A stretch of 55,076 nt of DNA. Source: a virus (taxonomy: Duplodnaviria; Caudoviricetes). Positions 48,466 through 55,076 of this stretch are shown here, in pieces (position 1 is the first letter of the stretch; each line of letters begins with the position of its first letter). Position numbers and translations under genes: made by a program. The notes under the pieces are model-generated. The model worked only from the letters and a program-made list of their open reading frames with translations. It was not told the origin of the DNA and did not search any database. The stretch is taken from IMG/VR virus record IMGVR_UViG_3300025132_000049, positions 1 through 55,076 of that record, one strand, 5' to 3'.

Positions 48466-49997
48466 TCTTCATCATCATCCTTTAAATTATCCCATTCGCC
48501 CCATCTTTCTACTTCTTTACCTGTTTGTTCTTCTAACCAATCTCTAAATCGTTCACGTTGTTCTTCTACTCTACTAAAAGATTCTGTTGGCTTTCCAATA
48601 CCAAAATCCTTTGATGAATCTTCTTTATAATCCTCAGTCCAACTATTAATTAGTTTTAAGCACTCATTATGTTGTTCCCATAAAGTACTATTTGCTAAAT
48701 TAGGCTTACCCATTTTTTCTGCCAATTCTTGAGATATTACCTTTTTAGGTACAATTAATGACTCTTCTATCTCAAACCTTTTTTGTTGCATCATACGACT
48801 TAATTTATCTGCGTTTATATTTTCTAATGTTCTCCTTATTTCTAATCTAGTTGATTCAGTCCACTCTCCTACATCAGATATAATATATAAATATAATAAA
48901 TCTCTTAACTCATCTGCACAAGGATTTCTAGTGTTAGCCGTCATTCTTCTTTTGTAATATTCACCAACAGGTTGTTTTTGTCCGGGTCTACCTCTTATTG
49001 TTCTAGCCCATCTAGGATGGTTTCTTGCAGCAGTATTATCTGGATTATCTTCATCTTCAACATCATCATCTCTTTCAAATATCTTTAAAATATACTGCCA
49101 TTTAGCCTTTTTAATCACTTTAGGCATTTTAATTAATAGCCCTTCTTTATTAACATCTATTTTATCTAGCAAAGTAATGGCCTCTTGAATTGGTTCTGGG
49201 AAATCTAACATGAACGCTACTTGTTCAGCATCGTCTTGTGGAATCTCTAATTGTTCAAACCCGAACTTACTTTTTAAATACTGCTTGATATTAGGGTTTA
49301 CTATATTAGCAATTTGAAACTTACCTTTAAACTCATCATCATTAATAGTAGACCCAAGAGATAGTTCTACTTTGTCTCCCTTAAAACGTCTAATTAAATT
49401 ATATAATTCTTTTTTATCGCCTGTCATTTCAATAGATTCTAAGAACTTTGATGTATTATATGCAGGGTATCTTTCGTTTAACCATTCTGATAATTCTTCA
49501 GCAGTAGCCTCATAATTAGTATATTCTTTAGGCCAAGGTACATTGGGTTGTTTAGGATTCACTCCCCAATCAATATCTTTATCTCCATAAGATTCCTTAA
49601 CCTTTTCAGCAAATCCTCTAATAGTTATTCTTTTAGAATCTTTATCAGTATTAGAAGTTCTTCCTGAGTTTTTTAATGGTTTACCTTTCAGTCTTTCTTC
49701 AAATGACTGTAAGCCTAAAAATATAATTCCACCACTTATCTTACCATAACATCTTGTGGTTATTGGATAAAACACTCCTTCATGCTCAAAACCATGTGTA
49801 ATAGCATTAATTTTTTCTGGTTTAAAAACTCTAGAAAGCATTGTGCCTTTACTACCTGCTCTAACTCTATCTGTTCCACTCTGACCAGATAAAGGAAATG
49901 CTTGTATTCTACTATAACCGAATGGTTTTAATAAATTATACCACATTGACTGTGCTTCTAATTCAGTAGAACGTCTTTCTATTATATTCATATTCAC
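48462..49997 (-). CDS. Protein with two internal W-tags (MWYNLLK, KWQYILK)
   Basis: ORF track; possible polyprotein. Confidence 0.6.
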   Translation of the reverse strand: MNMNIIERRSTELEAQSMWYNLLKPFGYSRIQAFPLSGQSGTDRVRAGSKGTMLSRVFKPEKINAITHGFEHEGVFYPITTRCYGKISGGIIFLGLQSFEERLKGKPLKNSGRTSNTDKDSKRITIRGFAEKVKESYGDKDIDWGVNPKQPNVPWPKEYTNYEATAEELSEWLNERYPAYNTSKFLESIEMTGDKKELYNLIRRFKGDKVELSLGSTINDDEFKGKFQIANIVNPNIKQYLKSKFGFEQLEIPQDDAEQVAFMLDFPEPIQEAITLLDKIDVNKEGLLIKMPKVIKKAKWQYILKIFERDDDVEDEDNPDNTAARNHPRWARTIRGRPGQKQPVGEYYKRRMTANTRNPCADELRDLLYLYIISDVGEWTESTRLEIRRTLENINADKLSRMMQQKRFEIEESLIVPKKVISQELAEKMGKPNLANSTLWEQHNECLKLINSWTEDYKEDSSKDFGIGKPTESFSRVEEQRERFRDWLEEQTGKEVERWGEWDNLKDDDEE

Positions 49998-50350
49998 ACC
50001 TTGTAATAAGTAGTCTTACCTGTTCTACCAACTGAGGATTGTTGCTTAGTCTTTAAACCATACTCTGAAATCCTATTTTTCAATACTTGTTCTAAATTGT
50101 TTGTATCATATTTCATGGCAGGGTTTAATTCCTTAATTTCCTTAGCAAGGTCTGATAAAGTATACCATTCTTCTTTATCCATTACTTGTTTGACCTGTTT
50201 GCTTAAAGTATCATAAAACTCTATACTTCTCTTGCCATGCTTCTTGCGAATATAATCAAGGTGTTTCATGTCATTAGGTTCTGCATACTTTTCAGCAAGC
50301 AATTCAAACTCCTTCATTTCTGAGGATTTAACTAAATCAAACCAAGTCAT
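49994..50350 (-). CDS. W-tag protein (MTWFDLVK), possible wHTH
   Basis: WYTLSDLAKEI helix pattern; start reassigned. Confidence 0.55.
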   Translation of the reverse strand: MTWFDLVKSSEMKEFELLAEKYAEPNDMKHLDYIRKKHGKRSIEFYDTLSKQVKQVMDKEEWYTLSDLAKEIKELNPAMKYDTNNLEQVLKNRISEYGLKTKQQSSVGRTGKTTYYKV

Positions 50351-50355
50351 TGTTC

Positions 50356-50619
50356 TCACCAATCTCTACAAGCCATACATCTAGCAGAGTAATCGCCTCT
50401 TTTGCAGGTAGAACAATTATGCCTCGCCCTAAATGATTTTCTTCTTTTACCCTTTCTTTTGCCAGAAACAGTAACTCCTTTTTGACCCCAATGAACTCTC
50501 TTATATCCACCACTACCATTAGGAACACATTTCATCCATTTCTTACCTTTACGTGTGGATGATGTTTTTTTAGTTGCTCTTGTGCAACGGCCTTCTTTAA
50601 CAATATCAAACCAACTCAT
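50356..50619 (-). CDS. W-tag basic Cys-rich protein (KGKKW...HWGQKG...RRKSFRARHNC...SAR)
   Basis: Motif recalled from small basic proteins of marine phages and large viruses. Confidence 0.65.
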   Translation of the reverse strand: MSWFDIVKEGRCTRATKKTSSTRKGKKWMKCVPNGSGGYKRVHWGQKGVTVSGKRKGKRRKSFRARHNCSTCKRGDYSARCMACRDW

Positions 50620-50623
50620 TTTA

Positions 50624-50737
50624 TCACTTCTTTATTGGTACGCAATTTGGAACTTGTTTTCCATTTTTGTCTTTCATGCCTATTTGTTCATAACCATCCC
50701 AACAAGGATTTTTCTTAACAACATTAAACCAAGTCAT
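50624..50737 (-). CDS. 37-aa W-tag peptide missed by the track (MTWFNVVKKNPCWDGYEQIGMKDKNGKQVPNCVPIKK)
   Basis: Read by hand; ATGA-coupled; CWxGY...VPNCVP module. Confidence 0.7.
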   Translation of the reverse strand: MTWFNVVKKNPCWDGYEQIGMKDKNGKQVPNCVPIKK

Positions 50738-51156
50738 TTTTTATCCTTCTCCCGTTGTAACTCTCTTAGTTTTTCCATTTGTTCTTTAACATTAGGATTG
50801 TAGCATGGATTATCATAAGTCAAAATATCTTCCAAAATAATCTGATTAGGTTTTACCACTTCATATGTGACATATACTTTAGTGTCAACAGGTGCGCCTA
50901 ATATTCGCAACATCATAAGGCTATGGTCTGATGCAGGGCGATGTGTTTTTGGGTCTGCTTTGTATGGAATAACCATGATTTTTTTTATATCTTGGTTTGT
51001 CATACAAATCCAACTAACAGATAATTCTTTTGATTCAGAAGAATATAACCCATTATAGGTAGGAACAAGCCCTTTAGCCATTATGGAACTCAAGTTAGAA
51101 AACGGAGTAGCATGATAATAAATATCTTCATTCTTTAATAGTTTAGCCCAATACAT
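50734..51156 (-). CDS. W-tag ADP-ribosyltransferase-fold (Tpt1/ART-like) protein
   Basis: YYHAT..NLSSIMAKGLVP...GLYSS...VKPNQI is a typical H-x-T ART-fold signature. Confidence 0.65.
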   Translation of the reverse strand: MYWAKLLKNEDIYYHATPFSNLSSIMAKGLVPTYNGLYSSESKELSVSWICMTNQDIKKIMVIPYKADPKTHRPASDHSLMMLRILGAPVDTKVYVTYEVVKPNQIILEDILTYDNPCYNPNVKEQMEKLRELQREKDKK

Positions 51157-51157
51157 A

Positions 51158-51550
51158 TTACTTATACTCCCCTATTATAAAAACCCATGACTTTCCGCCT
51201 CCACCAGATATAGATGCACCCCTTCTGATTATTAGATTACCTTTTCTTTCTTCCTCCACTAACGCATTTTGAATAGTCTTATCATACTTACCTCTTTCAG
51301 CATCTTTAAGTCTAGAAGCAGCCCTTAAGATTGAACCAATTCCATGACGAGGTATTTCTGGATTTTGTTTAATATAATTTTCTAACTGTTCTCTTAACAT
51401 TGGCTCAATAGCCCGTCTAATATTTACAAAATAATATGATGCAGGTTGTGCTTGATTAACCCAATTAACTACTGCTTCACGTACTAATGGATTAATAATA
51501 GAATTATTCCAATACTTACTACGGATTTTTAATACGCTATACCATTTCAT
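51158..51550 (-). CDS. W-tag protein (MKWYSVLK)
   Basis: Start reassigned after the GGGAGG RBS. Confidence 0.6.
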   Translation of the reverse strand: MKWYSVLKIRSKYWNNSIINPLVREAVVNWVNQAQPASYYFVNIRRAIEPMLREQLENYIKQNPEIPRHGIGSILRAASRLKDAERGKYDKTIQNALVEEERKGNLIIRRGASISGGGGKSWVFIIGEYK

Positions 51551-51768
51551 TATTCTACCTCCCAAAATGGCATATGTTCTACATAGAAAGGATATTTCAT
51601 AGCCAATCTTTTGAACTCTTTTAGGTTAGCCATACTTGCATGATTAAAAACATACTCTTGAAATAATTCATTATCTTCATCGGATATTTTATCCTTATGT
51701 TCAGTAACCCATGCTTTCACATCATCTAAAAACTTTATATCAAACTTTAATATATCTTTCCAATTCAT
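51550..51768 (-). CDS. W-tag protein (MNWKDILK)
   Basis: Start reassigned to the ATG. Confidence 0.6.
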   Translation of the reverse strand: MNWKDILKFDIKFLDDVKAWVTEHKDKISDEDNELFQEYVFNHASMANLKEFKRLAMKYPFYVEHMPFWEVE

Positions 51769-51784
51769 ATTCAATCATCTCCGT

Positions 51785-53644
51785 TTAGATATTATTACCC
51801 CTTTCTAAAAACTCCTTAATATACAAAGGATTATCAAACTTATCTCCCCTGTTTCCAAACTGCTCTATAAGTTTATTTACATCGTTATAAGATGGTGTAT
51901 CGCTTGGATTACGTTCATTAGTTTGAGGATTTATAGTTTCTACTACAATTTTTATTTCATAACTAATTATTAAAGTCTCTCCATTAAGTAAACCAACAGA
52001 AAACTGTTTTGATAAAGCATTGCCATTTCTAGTTTCTGATACCTCTACCTTATACATAAAATCTTTATCTTTATCATCAAGATAATTTTCTAATGCAGGG
52101 TAATATCCCGCTTGCATCTCTTGCCTCTCGGCAGTAGTAGGTCTTTTCACTTCTTCTTCTCTTTCGGTAGTTTCTCTATCAGAACCAACTGTGCCTTGTT
52201 GATTAACATAAAATGTCTTATTTGAAACAGCACCAATATCACCAAATAACTTCATATCTTTAATAGCATTCAAAACCGCAGGCGGAATACAAATTGCACC
52301 TGCTTTTGGTGTTTTATAACGTATCATTTTAGATGTGTTGTTAGGGCTAAAACCATTTACTTTCATACTCATCATCAGATTGCTATGTATAGTCCTATCC
52401 GAAATAAAAATAACAAACCTGTTTGCCTCTTCCAATTGTTCAAAAATGTTATTTTCCTTTTTTGGGTTCTGATAAAAACTCTTATCACTAGTATTTACTC
52501 CAAAAAACATATCCTCTAAATCTGCATCAGAAAAGGGTGAAAGTTGATATTGTTCGTGATGACCACTATCTACTACCATACTATCAACAATAGTATCAGT
52601 AACATATTGATATAAATCAATGTGTTTTCTAGACTCGGCTGCATTAACATTTCTTACGGTTTCTGTTCTGTTGTATTGAGAACGCGGGGTCTTTGTATCA
52701 CCTAGTTTTTGTTTCACGTTTATATTAGGTTTAAAATTAAATATTTTACCTATCCATATATCGCCTCGATTTCCCAACCCACTATCTAAAGTAGCATTTA
52801 ATTCTTTAAATTGTTGCCTTAAAGAATCGTGTTGTTCTGGTAATGCTAAATCTAGTGATTCATTTAAAATATATTTAGTAGCCTCATAATATAATGAATA
52901 ACTAGATAAATACGTGTTGAATGCTATCATATAATTTGATGAAGGGCGAGACCTGTCACTAGAATCATATTCCGTATTCGTTCTCTCAACGCCAATATCA
53001 CTAAATACATCTCTAAATACTGCCAGTACATATCGCATATGTAAGTTTTCAGGCAACATCTTAATTGCAGGTATCAATATTGATGTCGCAGAACGAAAAC
53101 GATAATTCTGCTTTAACTGTTTACCTGCCGATAGGGTAGCAGACGACCATTCTGTTATTGACGTTCCTAGAACTTTATCAAGACCTAACTCAGTTACTAT
53201 TTTTACTAACGTATCTCTAACCATGTTAGTTGCTTTTTTAAGATTATTTTCGTATTTTTTATATTCCTTTTCGGGATTAATTAACGGTAAGGATAGAATA
53301 GTGTGCATATCCCAATATTCCATTGCATCGCTTAGTTTATCATGTCCTAGGTCATCTTCACAATAATCAGTTAACAACCATAATCTAGAAGACATAGAAG
53401 ATGTAGTCATTATGTTCAAGAACATATCAAATACTTCTGTGCCTCCAATATTCCCTTCAATCATATCAATTATGTGAGATACACCTTCCTCTAAAGCATT
53501 AGGAGGTATTTCTTTCCGAGCCTGTTTTATTGTAATACCTTTAAGTAAATCTTGCTTCATATCGCTAACATTTATTCCCCTAGCATAAAATGAATCAAAA
53601 AGCCGTTCTTTAGGCCTATTCTTAACAACATTCATCCATGACAT
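51785..53644 (-). CDS. Large W-tag protein (MSWMNVVK), 619 aa
   Basis: ORF track. Confidence 0.65.
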   Translation of the reverse strand: MSWMNVVKNRPKERLFDSFYARGINVSDMKQDLLKGITIKQARKEIPPNALEEGVSHIIDMIEGNIGGTEVFDMFLNIMTTSSMSSRLWLLTDYCEDDLGHDKLSDAMEYWDMHTILSLPLINPEKEYKKYENNLKKATNMVRDTLVKIVTELGLDKVLGTSITEWSSATLSAGKQLKQNYRFRSATSILIPAIKMLPENLHMRYVLAVFRDVFSDIGVERTNTEYDSSDRSRPSSNYMIAFNTYLSSYSLYYEATKYILNESLDLALPEQHDSLRQQFKELNATLDSGLGNRGDIWIGKIFNFKPNINVKQKLGDTKTPRSQYNRTETVRNVNAAESRKHIDLYQYVTDTIVDSMVVDSGHHEQYQLSPFSDADLEDMFFGVNTSDKSFYQNPKKENNIFEQLEEANRFVIFISDRTIHSNLMMSMKVNGFSPNNTSKMIRYKTPKAGAICIPPAVLNAIKDMKLFGDIGAVSNKTFYVNQQGTVGSDRETTEREEEVKRPTTAERQEMQAGYYPALENYLDDKDKDFMYKVEVSETRNGNALSKQFSVGLLNGETLIISYEIKIVVETINPQTNERNPSDTPSYNDVNKLIEQFGNRGDKFDNPLYIKEFLERGNNI

Positions 53645-53654
53645 TATAATACAC

Positions 53655-53870
53655 CTATGTAAACATCATACATCTGCCTTGTTTATCTATATTTACAGTT
53701 GGCAACGTACATTTATTGTTTTTATTGTGTTTACACAATGTAGCATTACATACATCTATCTTACAATCGCCACCGCTAGGAAACATGGGTCGGTTTTTAC
53801 CTGCCTTCAAATCATCCTTTAATTGTCGCTGCCAACTATTCTTAACTAACTCCATCGTTTTTGGTGGCAT
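53655..53870 (-). CDS. Cys-rich DUF1540-like protein with W-tag variant (SWQRQLK)
   Basis: CNATLCKHNKNNKC...C matches the C-x4-C-x-HN-x4-C pattern. Confidence 0.6.
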   Translation of the reverse strand: MPPKTMELVKNSWQRQLKDDLKAGKNRPMFPSGGDCKIDVCNATLCKHNKNNKCTLPTVNIDKQGRCMMFT

Positions 53871-54203
53871 AATATATCAGACCTTTAAAATTGAAAAATT
53901 GGGGTGTCATTTATTTGCTACTTGCGCGTTTTTTTTATTTGTTATTGGCCTATTTCCAGAATAAGCATTGTATAATATTAAATATAGTTTAATGTAGTTA
54001 ATCAAATCATTTAATTCTTTATTGTATTGTTTAATCTATTAATTGTTTTATGTATTCCTTGATGCCGCGAAATTAAATATACCCCTCGTACATAAGGCGT
54101 GTATAGCACCCCCTATATAATTTTAATGTTATACGCACTAAAAAATTATACCACTACAACAATTAAATAAACAATAGGCCAATAAAAAAAATTTCTGCTA
54201 ACG

Positions 54204-54690
54204 CCATATGGTTGTAGTAACTTGTTGCGTTAAGCAATCGCAAAAAAATAAAATCTGGTTGTCATCTGACAAGTACTAAGAGTACCGCAACCATATGGTT
54301 CAGAGTCTCTCTTAGTAGACAGCGTAGCGAACCACATTTCAAAAATGGGGTATTATAAACATCCTCTATTATACAGTTCCCGGACTGAATAATAGATTCC
54401 TCAAATCGTTATTAATACCATATGGTTGCCTACTCATAGTAAGCATGAAATGCCTAAACCTGATATTTAGGGTATCTAAAAAGCGTATACAAGTAGACCC
54501 TTATTATGAACCATATGGTCATGCGTCAGCATATATGACCGCAGATAAGGATAATTTTACGACAGATGAAGCAAGAAAAGAGTTTATGATAGGCTTCCTA
54601 GAAGGAAGCATATTTTGGATAGTATTTATATATTTAATAAACTACTTTTATTGAATCATCTGTCTAAACTACGTTCCAATTACCATATGG
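54204..54690. repeat. Five dispersed copies of palindrome CCATATGG(T)
   Basis: Copies at 54204, 54291, 54418, 54511 and 54683. Confidence 0.85.
54445..54654 (+). CDS. Possible small membrane protein (uncertain)
   Basis: Only + strand ORF not antisense to another gene; hydrophobic C-terminus; overlaps one palindrome copy. Confidence 0.25.
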   Translation: MKCLNLIFRVSKKRIQVDPYYEPYGHASAYMTADKDNFTTDEARKEFMIGFLEGSIFWIVFIYLINYFY

Positions 54691-55076
54691 TTGGTTAACT
54701 TTGATAATAAACAACCACACATGAAAAGAGAGTAAGGGAGAGGCTGCGTACTATCCTCATCTTATTATACACGACTTCGCTGTCAATACCTTACTCTCCA
54801 GAGAGTGTTGTTGTTGTTGGCTTATCCGACTTCTTAATTACTATCAGAACAGTTGGGCGTTGCAATCTAATCTCTCCCCGACCCTTCAACTAATGTTTCT
54901 TTATACTGTCTGTGTAATGCTGGTTACGGTTTTGGACTACCACCTATTTATGTAGCCTCGCCAACTTTTTTCTTATGTTAAAAACTTTTGAATATAATGC
55001 GTGATAGATAAATAAATTAAAGTGAAGTAAACGCTATGCCTACATTAACTGTAACACTCCTTAAGGTAATGCCAGA

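Noticed and set aside
9351-50528. Short minus-strand alternate-frame ORFs (9351-9542, 16184-16393, 32582-32791, 50337-50528)
   Set aside because: They lie almost wholly inside better-supported genes and have no independent signals.
36217-53644. W-tag interpreted as a secretion signal or purely a translation-initiation motif
   Set aside because: It is too short and charged for a Sec/Tat signal. Amino-acid class is conserved despite codon variation, and it also occurs internally. A nucleotide-level contribution is not fully excluded.
134-53964. Numerous + strand ORFs in the track
   Set aside because: They are antisense shadows of long minus-strand genes, with S/L/I/F-rich composition and no motifs or RBS.
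54204-54690. Possible mini-CRISPR array from the CCATATGG repeats
   Set aside because: The repeat is only 8-12 bp with irregular 87-172 bp spacing, and there are no cas genes.
54764-54786. Minus-strand TTGACA...TATAAT, a perfect sigma70 hexamer pair
   Set aside because: The spacer is only 11 nt (needs ~17), and other signals point to an archaeal host.
54945-55076. Open minus-strand frame entering from the window edge (SGITLRSV...RLHK*)
   Set aside because: Only ~43 codons are visible with no start or motif, so it cannot be supported as a gene.

Overview
AT-rich 55-kb segment of a tailed dsDNA virus (HK97-type head, non-contractile tail), with essentially all real genes on the minus strand. 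Archaeal-type GGTGA ribosome-binding sites, non-acidic proteins, and an ATP-dependent ligase lying between the portal and prohead-protease genes point to a marine archaeal head-tail virus, most plausibly magrovirus-like (Marine Group II/Poseidoniales host). This host call is an inference. Gene order in the direction of transcription (right to left) is as follows. (1) A non-coding control region with five CCATATGG palindromes and several hairpins. (2) An ~18-kb array of mostly unrelated ORFs that also holds a likely small terminase. (3) Large terminase, LAGLIDADG protein, portal, more orphan ORFs, DNA ligase, protease-scaffold, major capsid protein and decoration-type proteins. (4) A five-gene module with membrane proteins and an Arf-like small GTPase. 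(5) Head-tail adaptor, tail terminator, tail tube, frameshifting tail chaperone, tape measure, Dit-like, LamG, a giant hub protein and a tail fibre running off the window edge. There are two candidate undescribed systems. First, about 25 unrelated proteins share an N-terminal tag M-[ST/K]-W-x-x-[ILV]-[ILV]-K. This tag echoes the C-terminal MSWNEI helix of the scaffold and the F-x-I-L-K / L-L-K-S motifs flanking the protease domain and near the capsid N-terminus, suggesting a capsid-targeting and protease-release system for a large injected cargo set. Second, the virus encodes an Arf-like GTPase operon with membrane proteins that may serve lysis or membrane remodelling. All calls come from motif recognition by eye; no database searches were run.
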